Below are positions 26,159 to 33,668 of a DNA stretch of 64,000 nucleotides, one piece after another. Origin of the DNA: a virus; IMG/VR virus record IMGVR_UViG_3300044922_000175, positions 1 to 64,000 of that record; one strand, 5' to 3'. Below the pieces are notes generated by a model. The model ran no database searches, was not told the DNA's origin, and saw only the letters and a program-made list of their open reading frames with translations. Position 1 is the stretch's first letter. The number at the start of each line of letters is the position of its first letter. Position numbers and translations under genes: made by a program.

Positions 26159-26845
26159 TTAATCACTAAAGGTCTTATATACTTCTAGTATAGGAGAAAC
26201 TATACTGTGTCTGTGATTCTGTAATAAAGCAAAGACCTTAAATCCCTGAACATGTTCTTCTATACGTGCTAAGAAACTAAAACCGGATGTCTTCTTATCT
26301 TTAAGATCTATCTGGGCAATATCACCACAGATTACCATCTTACTTTCTTTACCCAATCTACCTAGAATAGCCTCCATCTGAGAGTGTGTAACGTTCTGGG
26401 CCTCATCTACAATGATGAAACTATTTACAAACGTCCTACCTCTTACAAATGCAAAGGGCACAATCTCAATATTACCAAATTCTATTTCTTTATCTATTTT
26501 CTCTTTGTTATAAAGAGCATATAAATTATGATAAATAGGCGCTAACCATGGGTCCATTTTTTCTTTAATGTCTCCGGGTAAGAATCCTATATCTTCTTTA
26601 GATACAGTGGGTCTAGTAATAATAATCTTGTCAACCTCTTTGTTAAATAACATATCTAAGGCAACTTGACAGGCTACAAGTGTTTTACCTGAGCCTGCCA
26701 TACCTTTTAATACAGTTATTGGATTGTCTAGAATCAGAGACTTAGCTCTTTTCTGCTCCTCATTTAAAGTTATTTGAAACTTGATGGGATTCTTGGGCCT
26801 TCTTTTTGCTTTGAAGACCTCATCTTCATGTGAATTTGATGTCAT
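26159..26845 (-). CDS. phoH: PhoH-like ATPase
   Basis: GMAGSGKT, IITRP, GFLPG, RGRTF, DEAQN, GDIAQID, NHRH; ATG 26845. Confidence 0.95.
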   Translation of the reverse strand: MTSNSHEDEVFKAKRRPKNPIKFQITLNEEQKRAKSLILDNPITVLKGMAGSGKTLVACQVALDMLFNKEVDKIIITRPTVSKEDIGFLPGDIKEKMDPWLAPIYHNLYALYNKEKIDKEIEFGNIEIVPFAFVRGRTFVNSFIIVDEAQNVTHSQMEAILGRLGKESKMVICGDIAQIDLKDKKTSGFSFLARIEEHVQGFKVFALLQNHRHSIVSPILEVYKTFSD

Positions 26846-27027
26846 GCTTGTTCTCCGTTGCAGCAAGGTATAGCATTTTGTTTACATACCGGGCACTGAT
26901 AGTGACCATGTACAAAAATATATTCTACCCTACTATTACAAAATACACAATAATCAGAAGTTTTTATGCATGAGAGACTCTTGCACTCCTGATTGTCCGT
27001 GGTATTTGCTTCCTGGTTTTTTATCAT
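26842..27027 (-). CDS. Small Zn-finger protein (CVFC...HGHYQCPVC...CC)
   Basis: ORF track; the start is uncertain and overlaps dcd. Confidence 0.6.
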   Translation of the reverse strand: MIKNQEANTTDNQECKSLSCIKTSDYCVFCNSRVEYIFVHGHYQCPVCKQNAIPCCNGEQA

Positions 27028-27487
27028 AAGTCTGGAGAATTTTACCAGCTACACGTTCAAATTTGATCTGACAGATCTTCATATTTGGATAAATACGTAA
27101 TGGTTTTACCACACGCATCTCTAATACTAGAGATCCCACAAATCCTGAATCAATAAATCCGGCACAAATGTGAATATCTAAACCTAATCTACCTAGACTA
27201 GATTTACCCATAACTGTAGCACAGATATCTTCCTTTACTCCAATAGTTTCATTACATGAGTAAAGATATAATTCACCTGGCTGTAACACATAACCCTCTT
27301 CAGGAATCTCAAATTCCTCTACAGGATTAGGTTGTCTGCAGTCTAAAGTATTACCCGTATATATTTTACATTTAGGGTTTAAAGTTAAATCTACAGAGTT
27401 TGGATTTAAATACTCTTGTTTAAAAGGAGAGATAATAATCATACCTCTCTCCTGCTCCAATAAAATTTCAGAATCTGCTAATACCAT
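26954..27487 (-). CDS. dcd: dCTP deaminase
   Basis: PNSVDLTL, GKSSLGRLG, AGFIDSGF, LEM, ICQI, KYHGQ. Confidence 0.93.
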   Translation of the reverse strand: MVLADSEILLEQERGMIIISPFKQEYLNPNSVDLTLNPKCKIYTGNTLDCRQPNPVEEFEIPEEGYVLQPGELYLYSCNETIGVKEDICATVMGKSSLGRLGLDIHICAGFIDSGFVGSLVLEMRVVKPLRIYPNMKICQIKFERVAGKILQTYDKKPGSKYHGQSGVQESLMHKNF

Positions 27488-27492
27488 ACTGA

Positions 27493-27500
27493 CAAAGATA
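27493..27500 (-). promoter_or_regulatory. -7 box TATCTTTG, 5 nt before the dcd ATG
   Basis: CAAAGATA on the + strand. Confidence 0.55.
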
Positions 27501-27507
27501 GTAATTA

Positions 27508-27654
27508 TTATCTACCTTGACCACGATATTTTGATTCAGGTGTAGCTTTTGGTCCAACGGATTTATGAGCCTTACCTTTTTTCTTATTTACATTTTTAGG
27601 TGCAAGGCTTTTAGCTAAACTAGTTCCGCCTTTTTTAGTTTTTGTTGCTGCCAT
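27508..27654 (-). CDS. Small Lys-rich basic protein (48 aa, ...SKYRGQGR*), below track cutoff
   Basis: Translated by hand; fills the gap exactly. Confidence 0.75.
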   Translation of the reverse strand: MAATKTKKGGTSLAKSLAPKNVNKKKGKAHKSVGPKATPESKYRGQGR

Positions 27655-28096
27655 ATATATAATATACAGCATTTTTTAAGGATTGCTGCATAGTCTTGTA
27701 AAAAACCTTTTTGTTATGTGGTATACCAGATACCTCAACAAACATGGCATTCACAAACATTGTTTTAGTAGCAGTACCCATATAGGTTTTGCCATCAATA
27801 ATAACTTTAGTTGTAATAATATATTGTCTCTTTAAAAACTGCAATCCTACAATATTTAGTAATTGTTCCGGCATTGCAATTGATACAATCTCTCCAGATA
27901 CAATACTTCCGGAATCACATAGACTATATTTATCAGAGATTAACTCTTCTAGTGTTGCCTTAGCACCAAACTCTACAGGCCTGTCTAGTAAATACTTTAC
28001 AGTAGCAGTGTTAGAAACAGTGTCAACTTTGTAGCATTGAGCACTCAGAGAAGTCATCATAGTGACTAGGGCAGAAAGTATAAATAGTTTTTTCAT
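27635..28096 (-). CDS. Secreted protein (signal peptide), possibly a CsgG/LptE-like alpha/beta fold
   Basis: MKKLFILSALVTMMTSLSA-Q signal; the fold guess is weak. Confidence 0.7.
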   Translation of the reverse strand: MKKLFILSALVTMMTSLSAQCYKVDTVSNTATVKYLLDRPVEFGAKATLEELISDKYSLCDSGSIVSGEIVSIAMPEQLLNIVGLQFLKRQYIITTKVIIDGKTYMGTATKTMFVNAMFVEVSGIPHNKKVFYKTMQQSLKNAVYYIYGSNKN

Positions 28097-28097
28097 G

Positions 28098-29249
28098 TTA
28101 GTAAGTTACTGCTCCAGAGTATCCAGGAGCTATTAGATATAGATTTAAAGTTCCTCCACTAGTTAAAGTAGAAGTTGAGAAGGTAGTTATTCCTGGATAT
28201 GTAGTACGCACATTACCAGTAGAAGAAGAGATTGTATTGTACTCAGTAGCTGTAAATATTCTTACATCAGAGGCTAACCTCCATCTAGTAAATCTTCCTG
28301 ACTTCCTAGCAGCTACATAGTATTTGTCTGCAATGTTTAATCTTCCGTCATCATTAACATCAAATCTGTGATAAGATAATCCATTGACTGTAGACTTACC
28401 TAAGATAATATTAGATACTGTTTGAATATCTGTGCTAGTGTAAGCCTGAATTCTTGTAGGTACATCTACTTGTATATACCATTGCGTACTTGCAGTAGTG
28501 GTTCTAGAGAAAGCATAGTATCCTGAAGAGTTAGTATAGGCTGTAGCATCTAAAGTCCAAGAAGAAGTTGTAGTAGTTATTGTCCCTACTTCAGAAGATT
28601 GATAAGAATGTGCAGACTGAGAAGGTCTTCTCCAGATAAGATATAATCCATCTCCGCCAGAGTATTCTTGCATGCGTGCAATAAACGTATAAGAAGTACC
28701 TGCGGTTAAACTCACACTGCCGTATTTGTAAGTACCTACTCCTTTACCTCCATAGTATTCAATAATACTTCCTGTGTTTACTAGCCAAAGATCTGATCCA
28801 TCATCAGAAGTCATACCAAAAGAATAGGTGCCAGTTTCTGCAGGGGTAAAAGTAAAACTTACTTCTGTAGCATAGTAATCTCCACTACTAGGAACACTAG
28901 CACCTGCAGAAGTTAATGTACTATAAGTTCCAAAATTTAAAGAAGAGTTACCCGACATTGTGGTTGTTGACCACAAACTAGTATGAGAGTAACTTGTGTT
29001 AAAACACCTATCCATTTCTGATCTCGTAGAAGGATAAGTAGAGTACTGTGTGGTAGCACCAGTTCCATTATGAGTTCTATAAACCTTTACTGTAGTAGAG
29101 TTATTTCCTGTAGTAGTTGTTGTTCTTTTATAAAGCTTCACAGGAACGTTTATAGCAGCACCTCCATTAGCACTGTACATATATCCTGAGTAAGTGAATT
29201 GTGCACTCAGTGGGTTCACAAAGAAGAGTAAAACAATGATCCACCTCAT
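28098..29249 (-). CDS. Secreted PA14-domain plus dockerin-like protein
   Basis: Signal ...PLSA-Q; PA14 signature GTYSFGMTSDDGSDLWL and MQEYSGGDGLYLIW; Ca-loop DVNDDGRLNIAD. Confidence 0.8.
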   Translation of the reverse strand: MRWIIVLLFFVNPLSAQFTYSGYMYSANGGAAINVPVKLYKRTTTTTGNNSTTVKVYRTHNGTGATTQYSTYPSTRSEMDRCFNTSYSHTSLWSTTTMSGNSSLNFGTYSTLTSAGASVPSSGDYYATEVSFTFTPAETGTYSFGMTSDDGSDLWLVNTGSIIEYYGGKGVGTYKYGSVSLTAGTSYTFIARMQEYSGGDGLYLIWRRPSQSAHSYQSSEVGTITTTTSSWTLDATAYTNSSGYYAFSRTTTASTQWYIQVDVPTRIQAYTSTDIQTVSNIILGKSTVNGLSYHRFDVNDDGRLNIADKYYVAARKSGRFTRWRLASDVRIFTATEYNTISSSTGNVRTTYPGITTFSTSTLTSGGTLNLYLIAPGYSGAVTY

Positions 29250-30724
29250 ATCAATAGCTTAGCTCCCATTAAGATTTGAAAGTTTAAGATATCTTGTCCT
29301 GCTACGTAAGTTCCTCCCCCTGTAATACCTAAGCCAAAAGTCTTGGTCATCTTGTAGGTAAAGTTAAAGAAAGGAATTACAATAGGCTTAGCTTCAAATA
29401 AAGACTCTGTATAATATTTAGAGTAGGGAGAATAGATACCAGCCATAATGATTGTAGCATCTATACTTTTAGTAAGTTTTCCCTTGTACATAAATCCACC
29501 TATAGCAATTGTAGAAATCATCTCTTCTCCAAATAATTTACCATAGGTTCCAGCTGCTCCGTAAAGTGCTGTAAAGTTCTTAACTGAGTTTACTCTTACA
29601 AACAAGAGTGTATTTGATATTGATTTAGGCATCAGACTTAGACCATCTGAAACAACACTAATGTGTTTGTTGCCTTTTTTGTTTGCTCCTATCCAAGAAC
29701 GGACACAGGAGATATTACCGATCCTAGCATTAAGCATGTAATCGGCTGAAAACCCAAGAGAAGAAGTACCATCTCCTTTTACTCTTGTAAAGGAGGCAGT
29801 ACCTCTTGCATCTTGTGCTCCATCAGACTTAGTCTGAATACCAACTAAATCACCAGTTACTAATATTGCGGGCTTAGCAACTTCGGCTTTAGCTTTATTG
29901 GCTGCTTTCGCAGTACCACTAGACTGAGTCTTTTGTTGCTCAGTTTTAGTTTCTTCTACTTGTTGGTCTGTGGGTTTTTCTTCTTGTACTTGCGTTTTTT
30001 CTTCGGTTTTACCTCCGCTTCCTGAGCCGCCACCATTTCCGCTACTGTTGGAACTTCCACTACTACTTCCACTGGAACTTCCACTGGAGCCGGAGCCACT
30101 GCTTCCTCCATTACCTTCTCCGCTGCCACCACCACTTCCGGGATTGGGGTTGGATCCGGAGTTATCGGTAGTCCCGCTTTGATTTTCTGGTGGATTTCCT
30201 CCACTGCTGTTGCTTCCAGTTTCTCCTGACGAGCCGCTAGAAGAATTAGAATTACTAGAGCTGTTACTAGTACGATTCCGAGAATTAGTTCTGCTGTCAT
30301 TATTATTTGTTTTATTGGTTGTTCCTACGTTAGTTCCTGAAGAGGTGCTAGATCCTACATCTATATTTACACTACCAACATTTGAAATAGCCCCTAAGTT
30401 CATTACATTACTTACAATGTTTAGAGTCGTATTTGTTGTGGTAGTTGTAGTAGTAGTTACTCCAACTCCTTGACAGGGTGATGTATTTTTATACTTCAAA
30501 TATACACTATTTATCCAATTGTCAAATGTTCCGTCTTGTAATTCTGTATAAGAGAATGTTTTAACCTGTCCATAGTAAGCAATTACTATAGGACTAGACA
30601 TGTCAGCATTAATAAATTTAAGCTCTTGTGTACAGGGATCTGTATAAGAATAGATAAAGCCCTGCCCATTTACGGACAGAGCTATTATCATAAATAGGAT
30701 TAGTATCTTAGTTTTTAAATACAC
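29246..30724 (-). CDS. Secreted protein: Cys-pair N-domain, S/G/N-rich linker, putative C-terminal beta-barrel
   Basis: Signal ...SVNG-Q; alternating hydrophobic strands over the last ~200 aa. Confidence 0.7.
   Translation of the reverse strand: MYLKTKILILFMIIALSVNGQGFIYSYTDPCTQELKFINADMSSPIVIAYYGQVKTFSYTELQDGTFDNWINSVYLKYKNTSPCQGVGVTTTTTTTTNTTLNIVSNVMNLGAISNVGSVNIDVGSSTSSGTNVGTTNKTNNNDSRTNSRNRTSNSSSNSNSSSGSSGETGSNSSGGNPPENQSGTTDNSGSNPNPGSGGGSGEGNGGSSGSGSSGSSSGSSSGSSNSSGNGGGSGSGGKTEEKTQVQEEKPTDQQVEETKTEQQKTQSSGTAKAANKAKAEVAKPAILVTGDLVGIQTKSDGAQDARGTASFTRVKGDGTSSLGFSADYMLNARIGNISCVRSWIGANKKGNKHISVVSDGLSLMPKSISNTLLFVRVNSVKNFTALYGAAGTYGKLFGEEMISTIAIGGFMYKGKLTKSIDATIIMAGIYSPYSKYYTESLFEAKPIVIPFFNFTYKMTKTFGLGITGGGTYVAGQDILNFQILMGAKLLI
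29956..30300 (-). CDS. Nested +1-frame ORF: TM anchor, P/E/V/A-rich stalk, Lys-rich tail (candidate overprinted gene)
   Basis: MTAELILGIVLVTALVILILLAAR...KPKKKRKYKKK; A-rich context with A at -3. Confidence 0.5.
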   Translation of the reverse strand: MTAELILGIVLVTALVILILLAARQEKLEATAVEEIHQKIKAGLPITPDPTPIPEVVVAAEKVMEEAVAPAPVEVPVEVVVEVPTVAEMVAAQEAEVKPKKKRKYKKKNPQTNK

Positions 30725-31406
30725 CTGACTTAATGAGATTTTGAATCACATTAGTGCAAGCAGTTTCAAGAGACTTACGGGTAGCTTTACCCACAGTACT
30801 TTGAGAGAATTTCATGTCATCTAAAGATTTTAAGAATGATTCACCAGTTTTTGTAGATTCACCTTCACCAGATCCAATATAGATCTGACCTGTTTTAGCA
30901 TCCACAAAACGGACCTGTAAACGTATGAAGGTAGTAACCACAACCTTTGACTTAAGGCCATCAACTTGCTCGTCTTCATCAACAGCAAAATCAGCCACAG
31001 TAACGTAAACAAAGTAGTGAGCAGGTTTAATCTTACCTTTTCCATCAATTGGCTCATCAAATACACCTTTTTTAGAGGCTTTAAATTGAGTAACCATTCT
31101 TTCTTTAATCTCTGATTTTTCTTCAGTGAATATAAATCTGTTAGTTTCATCTAAATAATCTAGTACTGACTCAGCAAAACCAAGTCCTACATTCTTTTCC
31201 TGTAAAGCAGGATACAATGAAAGAACTTTTGTCATGTCTACACTAACTACTTGTACTGTTTTCTTAATAGAATCAGTATAGGAAGAAACTGTAGAGATAT
31301 CTTTGCTCTCTACAACTTCCCCATCAGTTGTTGTTTTCATAGAACCGCAACCGGCTAATGTTATAACCACCAAGGCCATAAACTTATTGAACCATTTTTT
31401 TACCAT
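30708..31406 (-). CDS. CsgG/HfaB-family outer-membrane lipoprotein
   Basis: Lipobox LAGC; NRFIFTEE...; IRLQVRFVDAKTGQIYIGSGEG; terminal helix. Confidence 0.75.
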   Translation of the reverse strand: MVKKWFNKFMALVVITLAGCGSMKTTTDGEVVESKDISTVSSYTDSIKKTVQVVSVDMTKVLSLYPALQEKNVGLGFAESVLDYLDETNRFIFTEEKSEIKERMVTQFKASKKGVFDEPIDGKGKIKPAHYFVYVTVADFAVDEDEQVDGLKSKVVVTTFIRLQVRFVDAKTGQIYIGSGEGESTKTGESFLKSLDDMKFSQSTVGKATRKSLETACTNVIQNLIKSGVFKN

Positions 31407-31729
31407 GGATCTTCTTCTTTAGGTTCAGGTTTAGCAGCAGGAGCAGCTGGTGCAGGTGCTTGTTTTTCAATCACACGTTCTTTAATAACTGTGTTTGTAC
31501 CACCACCACTAGATTGCTTCTGTTGGTTTGTGTTGTTGTTCTGTAAGTTAATCACAACAGGTGCACCGGGTGCAGCTTGTTCTGTCTTAGCTTCTTCTTT
31601 AGACTCTTCACCACCGCCTAAGTGGGTTGCAAACCAGGCACCCCCGGCTGTAACAGCTGTAGTAACAGCACCAATAATTGCTTTCTTAGTTGCTGACATT
31701 ACGCTTTCTTCTTGTTGTTCCTCAGACAT
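31400..31729 (-). CDS. Single-TM protein with a disordered Q/N/P/A-rich tail
   Basis: AIIGAVTTAVTAGGAWFA hydrophobic stretch. Confidence 0.75.
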   Translation of the reverse strand: MSEEQQEESVMSATKKAIIGAVTTAVTAGGAWFATHLGGGEESKEEAKTEQAAPGAPVVINLQNNNTNQQKQSSGGGTNTVIKERVIEKQAPAPAAPAAKPEPKEEDPW

Positions 31730-31733
31730 AATA

Positions 31734-31994
31734 TTATTTTTGATTTATAAGTTCTTCTACGTATTTATCTCTTTGCTCCATTAAATGCTCATTACGTTCA
31801 AGCATTCTAGTTCTTTCATCATCAGTAAGTTTAAGGATTAGAGTTTCTTTCTCATCTATCATCTTTTTGTACTCTTCCAACTGACTTTTAAAGTTCATGT
31901 TCTGGTAGTACAAAATGCCCACTAATAATATAATAGTAAAAGACTGTTCTTTCAGCTTCTCAAAAAATGTTTCACCAATAGATCCTTCTTTCAT
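31734..31994 (-). CDS. Single-TM coiled-coil protein
   Basis: FTIILLVGILYY followed by a charged heptad segment. Confidence 0.75.
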   Translation of the reverse strand: MKEGSIGETFFEKLKEQSFTIILLVGILYYQNMNFKSQLEEYKKMIDEKETLILKLTDDERTRMLERNEHLMEQRDKYVEELINQK

Positions 31995-31995
31995 A

Positions 31996-32466
31996 TTATT
32001 TTTCTTGCCCTAATGCTTGTATATAAGAGTCAATGATTCTAGACACGGCTTCAGGTTTTTCATCAGCTTTAAATTTAACTTTAATTTTAGCCATTCCTGA
32101 AGCAGTAGGATTAACTCCTGAGTCTACTTCAATTCCTTTTATATTGTGTTCATATCCCTTCTTCTTAAATAGTCCCAGTAAAGACTTCTTAAGACTAGAT
32201 ACTTCTTTCTCCTCATCCCCAAAAATTAATCTAGCTTCAAACTCTATGTCTAACTCATCTAGTCCAATAGAAGAGTGATCTGCTAGAATATAAAGAGGCA
32301 CTAATAACTCCTTGTCTCCAATCATAAAGTTTGTAACTTTAGGAGTACCATCCTCATTAAAGTAATTTCGTAGAGCATTAATGTGTTGTCTTTCACTAAT
32401 ACTCTGAGAAACCATAGCGGCCTCTAATAGACCGCCAACTAGTTCCTCAATGTTTAATCTTGCCAT
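31996..32466 (-). CDS. DUF2589-family protein (short type)
   Basis: IEELVGGLLEAAMVSQ...VPLYILADHSSIGLDELDIEFE...AKIKVKFK...PEAVSRI. Confidence 0.7.
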   Translation of the reverse strand: MARLNIEELVGGLLEAAMVSQSISERQHINALRNYFNEDGTPKVTNFMIGDKELLVPLYILADHSSIGLDELDIEFEARLIFGDEEKEVSSLKKSLLGLFKKKGYEHNIKGIEVDSGVNPTASGMAKIKVKFKADEKPEAVSRIIDSYIQALGQEK

Positions 32467-32470
32467 ACTA

Positions 32471-32478
32471 CAAAACTA
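32471..32478 (-). promoter_or_regulatory. -7 box TAGTTTTG, 4 nt before ATG 32466
   Basis: CAAAACTA on the + strand in a 26-bp gap. Confidence 0.5.
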
Positions 32479-32492
32479 CTCAAATTTTCTGA

Positions 32493-33083
32493 TTAAGATT
32501 CTTTACTCAATGGAACCAAAGAAGGCTCTAACATTGCTGTAAGGAAGTCAGACAATTTAAGCATACCTTCTGTTGGAGGCAACTGTTCTGCGTGTACTTT
32601 TACTTCGTACTTAGCTGAGTTATCTGTTTGTCTAGTATTCTCACGGTGAGAACTTACGCTACCAGATACTTTAGCATTAAAACTCATACCCCACCATTTG
32701 CCACCTGCAGATACTTCGTAAGCTGTTTGAGAATCATTAGATTCTTTAGACATGTCTGAGGTTTTTACTTCCATAGTAAAGTTAATATCAGCAGAAGTAA
32801 TTGCTAAAGAAGGCAATGGAACTAAAGGAAGCATAGGAACTTTACTGTAAACAGTTTTAAGTTCTTGGATTCCTGTATCTCCATCTGTAAATACACGTTG
32901 CATTTCTACGTCAAGTGAGCGTGCAACATTAGCATCACCTTTTTTCTCAAAAGCTACCTCAGAGATGTATCTCCAAGTTACTTCATTTAATTTAGCTTGT
33001 CCTTTTGCCATTCCGACAATAGGGCTTACAATAAGGTCTTCAATAGGAAGTCCTCTAAATTGATCTGCAATTGAATCTGCCAT
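32493..33083 (-). CDS. DUF2589-family protein
   Basis: IADQFRGLPIEDLI...VPMLPLVPLPSLAITSADINFTMEVK...NSAKYEVKVHAEQLPPTEGMLKL. Confidence 0.8.
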   Translation of the reverse strand: MADSIADQFRGLPIEDLIVSPIVGMAKGQAKLNEVTWRYISEVAFEKKGDANVARSLDVEMQRVFTDGDTGIQELKTVYSKVPMLPLVPLPSLAITSADINFTMEVKTSDMSKESNDSQTAYEVSAGGKWWGMSFNAKVSGSVSSHRENTRQTDNSAKYEVKVHAEQLPPTEGMLKLSDFLTAMLEPSLVPLSKES

Positions 33084-33111
33084 AATTTATATATTAGTTT
33101 GTTTTATTTGG

Positions 33112-33315
33112 TTATTTAAATTTAACTGTACCACTGTACGATTTCTTGACACTTTCTATTTCTTTAATTGCAGAATAAAAGGAAGTTTTTATTTCTTCAT
33201 TTATTGTGAAGTTAAAAATAGTGCTGCAGTGTGGACATCCTGATTTAGGATTCTTTAAGATAAACTTTAGGTCTAAGCCTAAAGGTTCTTTACACATAGG
33301 ACAGGGTATAGCCAT
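33112..33315 (-). CDS. Zinc-ribbon protein
   Basis: CPMC...CPHC. Confidence 0.75.
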   Translation of the reverse strand: MAIPCPMCKEPLGLDLKFILKNPKSGCPHCSTIFNFTINEEIKTSFYSAIKEIESVKKSYSGTVKFK

Positions 33316-33317
33316 AA

Positions 33318-33668
33318 TTAAGAGTTATTTGGGTTAGATAATGATTCTCCGTCTTCTTCATCTACCTTTTGAATTAACATTTTGTCACGGTCTTCTGAGT
33401 TAAACCAATAGTCAACTACCTTGTTTAAGTTACCTACAAAGGCACCAAAAAGAATAAGTAACATTTCTTTCCAGTTCTCTTGGATTTCTATTCCAAAAAA
33501 TACTGCAGAGTTAATACCAAGGATAATAAAGAAGAACAAACCTAATACAATTGCTGTAATCTTCCAACGGTTGGCTTGCATTTGTTGTAGCATGTAATAG
33601 AATCTGTTCTTAGGATCTACTACTACTGGTTCTGCTTGGTTAAGACCAAGTGCTTTTTTAATGTTCAT
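33318..33668 (-). CDS. Two-TM membrane protein (holin-like)
   Basis: Two hydrophobic helices, FGAFVGNLNKVVDYWF. Confidence 0.7.
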   Translation of the reverse strand: MNIKKALGLNQAEPVVVDPKNRFYYMLQQMQANRWKITAIVLGLFFFIILGINSAVFFGIEIQENWKEMLLILFGAFVGNLNKVVDYWFNSEDRDKMLIQKVDEEDGESLSNPNNS

